The notes below the pieces were generated by a model that was given only the letters and a program-made list of their open reading frames with translations, was not told where the DNA came from and did no database searches. Positions 41,751 to 50,240 of a stretch of 64,000 nt of DNA are shown here, in pieces. Each line of letters starts with the position of its first letter. Position 1 is the first letter of the stretch. A program made the translations under genes and the position numbers. The stretch spans positions 570,485 through 634,484 of the forward strand of contig JAGORR010000001.1 of the NCBI GenBank assembly GCA_018062765.1, read 5' to 3'. The DNA comes from Minisyncoccota bacterium (lineage in GTDB: Bacteria; Patescibacteriota; Minisyncoccia; Phycocordibacterales; Phycocordibacteraceae).

Positions 41751-42370
41751 TAAATGGTTGCGACTTGATGTTTTATGGGCTTTCTAAGAAGTTCGATAAG
41801 AAGTACGGCGATGAAGGCGCCGAGGGTGTTGAAGACTAGGTCCAAAGAAACGTTGTAGTACCCGCCTACCCAGGTGTCCGGGAAGACAAGGACCGCGGAA
41901 AATTCAATAATCTCGTTTACAACCGAGAGACCCATCGCGGCCAAGGCCGGGAACCAGATGCGGCCGAAGCGCTTCACGCCCGGCGCAAGGCGCACCAGTA
42001 TCCCGTGGAGCATTGCAGCAGCAACACCGAACCCAAACGCATGCACGACCTGGTCGTACGCGAGAAGGACAAAGTCTCCTTCGACATGGAACGGATAGAT
42101 GATATGCGCGTAAAGGACGTGATCCCCTATCGTGACGCCCCCGCCAAGCATGTGGAGGAGTCCCCAGATGGAAAGGAGCCAAAGAACCCAGTCCGGAATG
42201 CCGGACGTCTGTATCGTCTTTATAAGGAGCCCGATAACAACGAGCATCGTGAGGACGTACCAAACGAATTCGTAATTCCCCTGCGACACAAACCACGCGC
42301 CAAAGCCCAATATATAGAGCGCGGTAAAGGCGAGGATGGCGATGCGGCTCGGGGTGGCGAGGGTTTTCAT
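41750..42370 (-). CDS. Polytopic membrane protein (possibly DUF2238/YjdF-like)
   Basis: 206 aa, 6 TM helices. 1-nt overlap with the downstream AT-rich gene. Confidence 0.45.
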   Translation of the reverse strand: MKTLATPSRIAILAFTALYILGFGAWFVSQGNYEFVWYVLTMLVVIGLLIKTIQTSGIPDWVLWLLSIWGLLHMLGGGVTIGDHVLYAHIIYPFHVEGDFVLLAYDQVVHAFGFGVAAAMLHGILVRLAPGVKRFGRIWFPALAAMGLSVVNEIIEFSAVLVFPDTWVGGYYNVSLDLVFNTLGAFIAVLLIELLRKPIKHQVATI

Positions 42371-42446
42371 ATACTTATTATAGCGTCTGTGGGCGTAGCC
42401 TGGCTAAGGCAAGTATGGTAATTTTTCAGAGCGAAACGCTGAGTTC

Positions 42447-42548
42447 TGCCGAGACAAGCCGATAGGAATCGATTTGCCTTCGGCGGCGCTCGTTCAATTG
42501 CCGAGACAAGCCGATAAGAATCGTCTTGCCTTCAGCTTCACTCGCTCA
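42447..42548 (+). repeat. Two tandem ~52-bp direct repeats (~84% identical) upstream of tRNA-Thr
   Basis: TGCCGAGACAAGCCGATAGGAATCGATTTGCCTTCGGCGGCGCTCGTTCA versus TGCCGAGACAAGCCGATAAGAATCGTCTTGCCTTCAGCTTCACTCGCTCA. Both carry GCCGA and CCTTC(G/A)GC motifs that resemble the tRNA acceptor ends. Confidence 0.6.
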
Positions 42549-42588
42549 CAGTTGGAAAATAGGGTATTTTTCAACTGTTCGCTCGTTC

Positions 42589-42661
42589 GCCGAAGTAGCT
42601 CAGTTGGTAGAGCAATTGCATCGTAAGCAATGGGTCGGGAGTTCGAGTCTCCCCTTCGGCT
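42589..42661 (+). tRNA. tRNA-Thr (anticodon CGU)
   Basis: Manual cloverleaf fold. Acceptor GCCGAAG/CTTCGGC. D-arm GCTC-AGTTGGTA-GAGC. Anticodon stem ATTGC/GCAAT with loop ATCGTAA. T-arm GGGAG-TTCGAGT-CTCCC. Discriminator T. CCA not encoded. Confidence 0.85.
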
Positions 42662-42689
42662 CCGAAAGAGTGTCAGGTATACGACATAC

Positions 42690-42722
42690 AAAGAAGCGGC
42701 CGCCCGGGTAGGGGCGGCCGTA
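42690..42722 (-). terminator. Terminator hairpin, copy 1 of an identical 33-nt repeat
   Basis: AAAGAAGCGGCCGCCCGGGTAGGGGCGGCCGTA. Stem CGGCCGCCC/GGGCGGCCG. Minus-strand orientation gives hairpin then CTTCTTTGTATG. Confidence 0.5.
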
Positions 42723-42748
42723 GTGGATGGTATCAGCGCGCTTGTGCG

Positions 42749-43111
42749 CTAGTTGGTGTGCACATTCTGTGTCTTCACGACGTCGGCAGCGATGTAGGCG
42801 AGGTCTGCCGCTGCGGCGAATCCGAAGATGAAGGTCACCATCGCTTGGAGCAGGAATACGTCCGGATCGTAGTCGTCAGGGTTTTTGCCAATGAACCCTC
42901 CCAGACCAGCGCTCACAAGTGCGAGAATCATGCTGGGCCCTGGTCCTCCGATGCCCGAGATGCGCATCGTCATGGTCGCGTGGCTCACTGCAGCGCATGT
43001 GACGGCGATACACCCCGCAAATCCCACGGAACCCGTGATGCCGAATGCGATCAGAAAGCCGACAACTGCTGCTGCGACGAGGAAGAACAGAATCGTCAAA
43101 ATACTCTTCAT
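42749..43111 (-). CDS. Small membrane protein (3-4 TM, Gly-rich)
   Basis: 120 aa hydrophobic ORF. Confidence 0.45.
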   Translation of the reverse strand: MKSILTILFFLVAAAVVGFLIAFGITGSVGFAGCIAVTCAAVSHATMTMRISGIGGPGPSMILALVSAGLGGFIGKNPDDYDPDVFLLQAMVTFIFGFAAAADLAYIAADVVKTQNVHTN

Positions 43112-43181
43112 GGAGTTTCTCCACCTACCCGAGTATACGGGTCTAAAGTATTTATACCATTTTTCCTCATTAAAGCAAATA

Positions 43182-43214
43182 AAAGAAGCGGCCGCCCGGG
43201 TAGGGGCGGCCGTA
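43182..43214 (-). terminator. Terminator hairpin after trmD, copy 2 of the identical 33-nt repeat
   Basis: Same 33-mer as 42690-42722. On the minus strand it is followed by CTTCTTTTATTTGCTTTAATG. Confidence 0.55.
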
Positions 43215-43218
43215 CTAT

Positions 43219-43893
43219 TCAGCCCTTCTTCTCTTTCCAGCTATCGATATTGGCGTGGTGGCCGGTGAGGAGGATTTTTGGAACGCGGTACTTCTTCCCC
43301 TTCCAGTCAAGGACCTCGGGCCGTGTGTACACATCACGCGACGCAACCCGGCGCTCCTCTACCGACGCATCCTTTCCAAGCGCCCCTGGAATGCGGCGCG
43401 TCATCGCATCTATCATCGCCATAGCAGGAAGCTCACCGCCCGTATAGACCGCCTCGCCCACAGAGTACTTCACTACCTTCCCCATCGTCTTCAGTATCGA
43501 AACGGCGCGCTCATCGATACCTTCGTATCGGCCGCAGACAAATAGCACGTCATCATATTTGAGAAGCTTGTCCGCTTCCGTGTTTGTAAACGCGGGTGCG
43601 CCCGGTGAGAACCAGACAATTGCCGTCTTCTTTGGTGCGCGACGCGCGAGCGCTTTCGCCGCCGCCTTCACCACGGGCTCCGCCATCATCACCATGCCGG
43701 GGCCGCCGCCATACGGACGCTCGTCCACTTTCTTGTACGCAAATTTTCCCTTACTGGATGTCTTGGTGAAATCGCGAGGACTCTGATAAGAGACCGCAAT
43801 CAGCTTCTTCTCCCGCGCGCGTCCGATGATGGACGTCGAAAGATACGGCTCGCAAGCCTCCTTAAACAGCGTTATGAGATGGAATCGCTTCAC
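43219..43893 (-). CDS. trmD: tRNA (guanine37-N1)-methyltransferase
   Basis: ERPYGGGPGMVM and CGRYEGIDER motifs. 224 aa. Confidence 0.9.
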   Translation of the reverse strand: MKRFHLITLFKEACEPYLSTSIIGRAREKKLIAVSYQSPRDFTKTSSKGKFAYKKVDERPYGGGPGMVMMAEPVVKAAAKALARRAPKKTAIVWFSPGAPAFTNTEADKLLKYDDVLFVCGRYEGIDERAVSILKTMGKVVKYSVGEAVYTGGELPAMAMIDAMTRRIPGALGKDASVEERRVASRDVYTRPEVLDWKGKKYRVPKILLTGHHANIDSWKEKKG

Positions 43894-44678
43894 TGCATCA
43901 ACTTGAGGTCGAGCTTCGTCGTGAAGTTGCCGCGGAAGGAATCGGATTCAGCCGTCGGCTCAGCAATCTCGCCGACGCGTATCGACAGACCTTCGTCGGT
44001 CTTGAAGATGCCAATCTCATCGCCCGCGCCTGCGTAGTAGCAGGTTACGCCCGCGACTTCGCCTTCGGCGATAAGGAGTTCTGAGACGGCGCTTCCTTCG
44101 CTTCCAATTTCCGCGCACGTCCCTTCGAAGGTGCCGACGAGATGCTCCTCGCCGTTAATGATCGCGGTGACTTCCGCCTTTCCTGGACCATCGACTCCGA
44201 GCGGCTCGATCTTCCACGCTACGCTCACCTTGCCGCGCGTGCCACCCGCTCCTTCGATACGTATGATGGTCGGCTCGACCAGGGTTGCCTCCGGATCAGA
44301 CCACTCCTTCGAAGCGTCTTTTACGGAGAAGTAGAATGACTGCGCGGCTACGAAGTCAGTCTTGAAGGATGCCGGCGGAGTGACGGACCATTTACCATCA
44401 ACGACGGCGATAGGATCACTCGTCCAGATGCCTTCCCTGCTGTCGCCATACCAGACGCGTACGGATTCGACGCCGGACGCGGTCCCGGTGATGGTCGCAT
44501 CCATGCCGGAAACGACGAGCGAATCCTCGTCTATCGCGGCCGATGGCGAGCCATCGCTTGCGACCGGCGCCTTCAATACTTCAGGGTAAACGGCGACGTA
44601 GCCTGCGCCGCCCACAATGACGATGCCGAGGAGGATGACAAGCGCGGTCGAGAGCGCAAATCCTGGAAGGGTTTTCAT
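43890..44678 (-). CDS. Membrane-anchored extracytoplasmic hypothetical protein in the rimM position of the rpsP-trmD operon
   Basis: 262 aa. N-terminal TM anchor. Gly/Thr/Val-rich beta-like body. 4-nt overlap with trmD. No RimM or PRC-barrel motifs. Confidence 0.5.
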   Translation of the reverse strand: MKTLPGFALSTALVILLGIVIVGGAGYVAVYPEVLKAPVASDGSPSAAIDEDSLVVSGMDATITGTASGVESVRVWYGDSREGIWTSDPIAVVDGKWSVTPPASFKTDFVAAQSFYFSVKDASKEWSDPEATLVEPTIIRIEGAGGTRGKVSVAWKIEPLGVDGPGKAEVTAIINGEEHLVGTFEGTCAEIGSEGSAVSELLIAEGEVAGVTCYYAGAGDEIGIFKTDEGLSIRVGEIAEPTAESDSFRGNFTTKLDLKLMQ

Positions 44679-44688
44679 ATGCCCCCGA

Positions 44689-45024
44689 TTATATACCCAA
44701 CTCGTCTACCACCTGGTCCAGGGTTTTTTCAGGGCGCGGACCGGTCATCCCATCGCGCTTTCCTCCCTCTGGCTCATGCACCTTCACGGAGACACGGGCG
44801 CTATGCTTCAAGCCAACCGCATGGAGAAGCGGTCGCAGGGTCTTATCAATCATGACGCCTTTCTTCCCGAGAACCTTGCCCATGTCGTCCTTGTGGACGC
44901 GGAGCGTAAGCAGCACGCCGAGGTTATCGGTGGTGCGCTCTATAGCAATAACTTCAGGATGGTCGACAAACCCTTTGAGCACGGTTGCTAGGTAGGATTC
45001 GAAAAAGCCGGGCTCTGGTTCCAT
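44689..45024 (-). CDS. KH-domain RNA-binding protein (YlqC/UPF0109-like)
   Basis: VGKVLGKKGVMI matches the KH GxxG loop. Typical position after rpsP. 111 aa. Confidence 0.7.
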   Translation of the reverse strand: MEPEPGFFESYLATVLKGFVDHPEVIAIERTTDNLGVLLTLRVHKDDMGKVLGKKGVMIDKTLRPLLHAVGLKHSARVSVKVHEPEGGKRDGMTGPRPEKTLDQVVDELGI

Positions 45025-45111
45025 GGCGGGATATTTAATTTAGGACAATCGCGCGAGCGCGGATCGTGCCAGCATTATAGCACGAAAATTGTGGAGTGGA
45101 AGGGCCGGGGC

Positions 45112-45603
45112 TTAGGCCTTCGCCTCTTCAGCCGGAGCCTCTACTGGCGCTTCCTCAGCGGCAGGAGCCTCGTCTGCCTCAGCGATTGCAGCCTCCTCGA
45201 TAGCGTCAGACGATGCTGGCGCCTCCTCTACGGGTGCAGCGGCGGCAGCTTCTGCTGCGGCCTTAGCTTCTGCCTCGGCAGCTGCGGCAGCCGCTGCTTC
45301 CTCCGCTTTCTTGGCGACATTCTTCTCGAGATTCTTCTTAGAAACAACGTCGGCGGTCTTCTTACCCTCAAGTACGCCCTTGTCGATAAGGAGGTTGTGG
45401 AGCGATGGCGAGACCTGCGCACCCTTGCCCATCCAGTCCTTAAGGCGGTCCGCGTTCACGGTAAACGCCTTGGTCTTTGGATTGTAGGTACCGAGGAGGT
45501 CGGTGTAAGAACCCGCCTTAGGCGAGCTGGTTTTCTCAAGCACGAGAATACGAAAAGCCGGGTCGTTTTTGCGGCCTATCCTCTGGAGTCGAATCATCAA
45601 CAT
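45112..45603 (-). CDS. rpsP: 30S ribosomal protein S16 (bS16) with Ala/Glu/Pro-rich C-terminal extension
   Basis: MLMIRLQRIGRKNDPAFRILV aligns to the bS16 N-terminus. The ORF track start at 45630 is probably too far upstream. ~80-aa low-complexity tail. Confidence 0.8.
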   Translation of the reverse strand: MLMIRLQRIGRKNDPAFRILVLEKTSSPKAGSYTDLLGTYNPKTKAFTVNADRLKDWMGKGAQVSPSLHNLLIDKGVLEGKKTADVVSKKNLEKNVAKKAEEAAAAAAAEAEAKAAAEAAAAAPVEEAPASSDAIEEAAIAEADEAPAAEEAPVEAPAEEAKA

Positions 45604-45732
45604 GTCACCGGAGCGTACCAAATAAGCCATGGACGGTCAAACCAGGGCTTGCCTTCCATTACTCCCTGGGCCATAGTGCGGCCGGAAACCTGGGCCTCGG
45701 CCCTCCTTGCACTCACACATCAGAGGTTCGAT

Positions 45733-46323
45733 ATGCGTAACCAAAAGAACGCGCTTCTCTCGGCGTTCAATAAGGCCGAGGTTGTACCGCTCGCTATCGC
45801 GCTCATACAGCGCGGATACGTTCTTTATGCGACCGAAGGCACTGCGAAATACCTTCGTCAGAAGCATGGGCTCGCGGTAACAAATATCGCCACACACATC
45901 GGTAAGCCGCTGCTGAAGCACAGGGTCGTGACGCTCTCGCGCCGACTCCATGCACGCCTGCGGTCGACACCGGAAGACCTGCCGGAACTCAATTCGCCTG
46001 AGCTTTCCGGCATGCCGCACATAGACCTAGTCTATGTGGAGCTGACTCCCCTCACCTATCGTGAGGATATGACGGCATCGGAAAAGCGCCGTGCGTGGCT
46101 CTCGGTAGATGTGGGCGGCCGAGCGCTCCTCAGTTCAGCCGCTAACGGCGAGCGCGTCGTGATCTGCAGCCCCTTCACGTTACGTCTAGTGATGAAGCGC
46201 CTTCCAAAGAAGACGGAGAATGAATCTCACTTCAAGATATGGCTCGCTATTGAAGCCGAAGACGAGGTGGCGCAGTACTCACGGAAGGTGGCGAACTTCT
46301 ACCGCCGTTTCGCTGACGAGTAG
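45733..46323 (+). CDS. MGS-like domain protein (resembles the N-terminal IMP-cyclohydrolase/MGS domain of PurH)
   Basis: ALLSAFNKAEVVPLAIALIQRGYVLYATEGTAKYLRQKHGLAVTNI parallels PurH ALLSVSDKTG...LLSTGGTAK.L...G..V. The long ORF 45091-46323 is an artifactual N-extension. AGAGGT SD before the ATG at 45733. Confidence 0.5.
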   Translation: MRNQKNALLSAFNKAEVVPLAIALIQRGYVLYATEGTAKYLRQKHGLAVTNIATHIGKPLLKHRVVTLSRRLHARLRSTPEDLPELNSPELSGMPHIDLVYVELTPLTYREDMTASEKRRAWLSVDVGGRALLSSAANGERVVICSPFTLRLVMKRLPKKTENESHFKIWLAIEAEDEVAQYSRKVANFYRRFADE

Positions 46324-46422
46324 TCGTCGCACGACTGACCGCAGTTACGGAGCCCGGCGTCACGCGCCGGGCTTTCTTTATTAATGCTGTAATCACGCTT
46401 ATCTGCTAGTGTAAAGACACTT

Positions 46423-48405
46423 GTGAGTAACGAGGAAGCATACCAGGGACCCATCACTGTCACCCGCACCGGGAAGGGTTTCTTTACCTATGACGAGAAT
46501 AAGGAGGACCTCTTTATCCCGGAGGAGTCCCTTGGCGGCGCGTTCCCCGGCGACATCGTGAAGGTGGTGCCGACGGGCACCTACGCAGACCCGAAGAGCC
46601 GCCAGAAGCGTGAGGGCGGCAAGGTCATTGAAATCGTCACGCGCACGCGCGAGTCGTTCGTGGGACTTCTTGCCAAGAATGACCGCCAGGAAGTCATCCT
46701 TATTCCAGACTGGAAGAAAATGTACACGCCGTTTTTGGTAAAGGGTGAGGCGCTTCCTGTCGGGCATAAAGTTGTGCTCCGTTTCCGCGGCTGGGAAAAG
46801 AACCAGCCATACCCGTGGGGAGTCGTTGAGGAAGTCATAGGCCCCGCGGGCGTGCACGAGACCGAGATGCGGGCCATCGCGCTTTCGCAGGGATTCCACT
46901 CGGACTTCCCTCCTGGCGTTGTAAAGGAAGCGGCGGAGTTGGAGCACACCGGCGAGGGGATGATTAACGCAGAGGCAGCGCGAAGTCTCCCTTGGGATTG
47001 GAAGAACCGCACGGCGACCAATCGCCGCGACTTCCGCCAAATCACGACTTTCACTATCGACCCGGTCGATGCGAAGGACTTCGACGACGCGATTTCCCTG
47101 CGAACACTTGAAGACGGCGACACCGAGGTTGGCATCCACATCGCAGACGTCTCGTTCTTCGTGCGCCCTGGAACCTCTATCGATAACGAGGCTCGTAGCC
47201 GCGCAACCTCGGTGTACCTTGTCGACCGCACCATCCCGATGCTTCCGCATGTGCTCTCCACCAATTTCTGCTCCTTGAACGAGGACGTCGACCGCCTCGC
47301 AATGTCCGCCGTATTCATTCTCGACAAGGACGGGAACATCAAGGACAAATGGTTCGGCGAGACCCTCATCCACTCCGACAAGCGTTTTTCATACGAGGAG
47401 GCGCAGGGCGTACTGAACGCCGGCGCGGGCACATTGATCGAGGAGCTTAAAATTGCACTTGGGCTCTCAAAGAAAATCCGCGCACGTCGGGTTGCAAACG
47501 GCGCTATTGAATTCGACACCGCAGAAGTAAAGGTCGAGATAGACGAGAATGGAAAGCCGATAGCGGTGCGACTTAAGGAGCGACAGGACACTAATCTTCT
47601 TATCGAAGACTTCATGCTTCTCGCGAACGAGGCGGTCGCAGAGCATATCGACGAACTCGGGAAGAAGGAGGGACGCACGGGTGGCCTCATGTTCCGCGTC
47701 CACGACTCACCGGACGCTGACCGTATCGAGAACCTCACGCAGTTTCTGAAGGTGATGGGCTACGACCTGAAATCAAACGCCGGCATCGTCAAAGGCAAAG
47801 ACCTCAACGCCCTTTTGAGAGAGCTCAAAGACAAGCCTGAGGAGTACCTCATCAAGACCGCAACCCTGCGCTCCATGGCAAAGGCAACATATAAGACCAA
47901 GAACGCCGGACACTTCGGACTTGCCTTCGATTTCTATACCCACTTCACCTCGCCCATCAGACGCTATCCAGACCTCCTCGTTCACCGCTTGGTAAAGCAC
48001 TTCTCCGGAGTTATGCCGATGCCTAAAAGCGAACGTGAGCAGCTCGACCAGCTCGCGCTCCACTCATCAGAACGCGAGACGGGAGCTGCAGAGGCTGAGC
48101 GCGACTCCGTGAAGCTGAAGCTCGTCGAGTTCATGAGCGACAAGATAGGCATGGAGTTCGATGCGGTTATCTCAGGAGTCTCTGACCGCGGCATCTATGT
48201 GGAGCTCAATGAGACGCACGCCGAGGGTATGGTGCGCATCCGCGACCTCGGCCAGGACTACTACGTGCATGACGAAAAGCGCTATCGCATCGTCGGCGAG
48301 CGCTCGAAGCAGCAGTTCTCGCTTGGGGACCCCATCCGCGTGAAGCTCATCGCGGCACGCCTGTTTGAGAAGGAGCTTGATTTCGCAATAGTGAAAAAGG
48401 ACTAA
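46423..48405 (+). CDS. rnr: Ribonuclease R (RNB family 3'-5' exoribonuclease with C-terminal S1 domain)
   Basis: RNB motifs DAKDFDDAISL and VYLVDRTIPMLP. C-terminal S1-like region. 660 aa. Confidence 0.85.
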   Translation: MSNEEAYQGPITVTRTGKGFFTYDENKEDLFIPEESLGGAFPGDIVKVVPTGTYADPKSRQKREGGKVIEIVTRTRESFVGLLAKNDRQEVILIPDWKKMYTPFLVKGEALPVGHKVVLRFRGWEKNQPYPWGVVEEVIGPAGVHETEMRAIALSQGFHSDFPPGVVKEAAELEHTGEGMINAEAARSLPWDWKNRTATNRRDFRQITTFTIDPVDAKDFDDAISLRTLEDGDTEVGIHIADVSFFVRPGTSIDNEARSRATSVYLVDRTIPMLPHVLSTNFCSLNEDVDRLAMSAVFILDKDGNIKDKWFGETLIHSDKRFSYEEAQGVLNAGAGTLIEELKIALGLSKKIRARRVANGAIEFDTAEVKVEIDENGKPIAVRLKERQDTNLLIEDFMLLANEAVAEHIDELGKKEGRTGGLMFRVHDSPDADRIENLTQFLKVMGYDLKSNAGIVKGKDLNALLRELKDKPEEYLIKTATLRSMAKATYKTKNAGHFGLAFDFYTHFTSPIRRYPDLLVHRLVKHFSGVMPMPKSEREQLDQLALHSSERETGAAEAERDSVKLKLVEFMSDKIGMEFDAVISGVSDRGIYVELNETHAEGMVRIRDLGQDYYVHDEKRYRIVGERSKQQFSLGDPIRVKLIAARLFEKELDFAIVKKD

Positions 48406-48462
48406 CCGCTATAAAGAGCATGGAAGGAAAAGCGCGCTCCATAGGAAGCGCGCTTTTTTCGT

Positions 48463-49182
48463 TCAGGCTGTCGCTATCACCTCAGACTGACGTGCATGAG
48501 GAATCGTATACCCACGACCCCAGACCGTCTCGATGATTTCTTTGCCGCCACTTGCTGTTTTGAGCTTCTTGCGGAGTTTGCAGATAAAGACATCTACAAT
48601 TTTCAGTTCCGGCTCGTCGATGCCGCCGTACAAGTGGTTTAAGAACTGCTCCTTCGATATCACCATCCCGCGGCGCAGCATAAGGAGCTCGAGCACTTCG
48701 TATTCCTTGCCGGTCAGGTGTACAGGTTCTCCGTTTTCGTGAACCACAATTTTCCGATGCATATCGAAGATGAGCCCAGACACATGCCTGACACCAACGG
48801 GCGCACGACCTCCAAAGCGGATGAGTGCCTCGAGCTGGGCATATATGAGCATCGGGTCGGCGTACGTGTTCATCGTCATCGTCGCACCGTGTGCGAGCAA
48901 GGTTGTCTGATGTCCGATAGATTTTGCCGTGAGCACCACCACCGGGCCCAGATATTTCGCATGACGTATCTCGCGAAGCGTTATCTCGTCCGCGTCGCCG
49001 TCGACACCAATGATAATGGCATCGATATCCATGACGCTCTCTCCTGCGCCGTTGCCGCTCTTAGGCAACAAGTGGATGGCGTCCGAAAGGTCATCAGCGC
49101 CGAGTACCGGAAAGAAAACGCAACCGCGCTCTTCGAGCGCATGCAAGGTCGCCTTTGGTAGGTCGTATCCGAGCAGATGCAT
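48463..49182 (-). CDS. Atypical OmpR/PhoB-type winged-helix regulator with degenerate (pseudo-)receiver domain
   Basis: C-terminal trans_reg_C-like region (LTGKEYEVLELLMLRRGMVISKEQFLNHLYG...VDVFICKLRKKL). The N-terminal domain lacks the canonical acidic pocket and the K-P motif. Confidence 0.55.
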   Translation of the reverse strand: MHLLGYDLPKATLHALEERGCVFFPVLGADDLSDAIHLLPKSGNGAGESVMDIDAIIIGVDGDADEITLREIRHAKYLGPVVVLTAKSIGHQTTLLAHGATMTMNTYADPMLIYAQLEALIRFGGRAPVGVRHVSGLIFDMHRKIVVHENGEPVHLTGKEYEVLELLMLRRGMVISKEQFLNHLYGGIDEPELKIVDVFICKLRKKLKTASGGKEIIETVWGRGYTIPHARQSEVIATA

Positions 49183-49304
49183 GACTTGTCCCTTCTCTCT
49201 CTAAAAGCCCCTAAGGTACGAAGCACTTCGTACGGAGCCTAGCGTGCCCGTTAAAAATTGACAACGACTGGCCCGGTGCTACTTTCGACCCTAGAGTAAC
49301 GATC

Positions 49305-50186
49305 TTGAAAGGACACGCAGTGACAGCGCAAGCAAGCACTAAGCCCGACATCCACCTCGTGCAGGATGTCACGGGAACGAAGCTCGTGATTCCGTGCAAT
49401 CTAATCCGTGCGGCCAAACAACAGCCCCGGAAAACATTCGACCCTGTTCTCGACGCTGAACTTCAGGCGGACATACGCAAGCGCGGCGTTCTGGAGCCGG
49501 TCGGCGTGACCGATAACGGCGACGGCACATACACGCTCTCCTTTGGCGAGCGTCGTTGGAGACAAGCTTCCCAGATTAGTCCGAAGTTCCCGATTCCTGC
49601 AGTGCTCCGCCCTCCCATGAGCGACTTAGAGCGCTTCGAGGAGGCGGTCGCTGAGAACGTGCAGCGGGATAACCTCACGCCGCTTGATGAAGCGAGGTCC
49701 GTGAAATTTTTCATGGACCACGGTCTGAGCGCCGCAGAAGCTGGCGCGCGCATGCACCGATCGGAGAGTTGGGCGACGGAGCGTCTTTCCATCCTCAATC
49801 TCGACGAGAGCCTGCACTGGCGGTTCCTGCGTTCGACGCCACCAAATCAGAGACTCACAGCTCCTACCGCGCAGCGGCTTGGGCGAGTGAAGGACCCGGC
49901 GCTTCAGCGTCAACTTGCGACTGAGGCTGCGCATCTGCCAAACCATGACGCATCTCGGCACATCACCGGCCGCACGAAGTACAAGGGTCCGCAGATGCAC
50001 AAGCCGTTCAAACAACCGGCGCAGCAGGCATCGGTTTCAATTTTGAACCTACTTGCAAGCGCCGAGCGCCTGGTGGACCGGATTGCCGAGGAACGTAAAG
50101 CACTCACGCCTGACCAAAAGAATCAGGCGCGCGGACACGTGATGCGTATGAAGGCGCGTCTTGAACAATGCCTTGGACGATTCTGA
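49305..50186 (+). CDS. ParB/Spo0J-like protein (ParB N-terminal domain plus HTH), standalone
   Basis: VIPCNLIR, GVLEPVGV and the GERRWRQA box. HTH LTPLDEARSVKFFMDHGLSAAEAGARMHRSESWATERL. TTG start in the track. No ParA nearby. Confidence 0.6.
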   Translation: MKGHAVTAQASTKPDIHLVQDVTGTKLVIPCNLIRAAKQQPRKTFDPVLDAELQADIRKRGVLEPVGVTDNGDGTYTLSFGERRWRQASQISPKFPIPAVLRPPMSDLERFEEAVAENVQRDNLTPLDEARSVKFFMDHGLSAAEAGARMHRSESWATERLSILNLDESLHWRFLRSTPPNQRLTAPTAQRLGRVKDPALQRQLATEAAHLPNHDASRHITGRTKYKGPQMHKPFKQPAQQASVSILNLLASAERLVDRIAEERKALTPDQKNQARGHVMRMKARLEQCLGRF

Positions 50187-50240
50187 ACGATACTACGGAG
50201 GGCCCATGCCAAAAGCATGGGCCCTTTCACTTCCTGTCTA

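Noticed and set aside
42494-42711. ORFs 42494-42691 (-) and 42526-42711 (+)
   Set aside because: They overlap a well-folded tRNA-Thr and the repeat region, so they are not coding.
45091-45732. N-terminal 214 codons of the 410-aa ORF 45091-46323
   Set aside because: This part overlaps rpsP on the opposite strand and is Cys/Leu/Arg-rich nonsense. The real gene starts at the SD-led ATG at 45733 (the MGS-like domain).
46399-47738. Two long minus-strand ORFs (324 and 385 aa)
   Set aside because: They are antisense to RNase R, which has clear RNB and S1 motifs.
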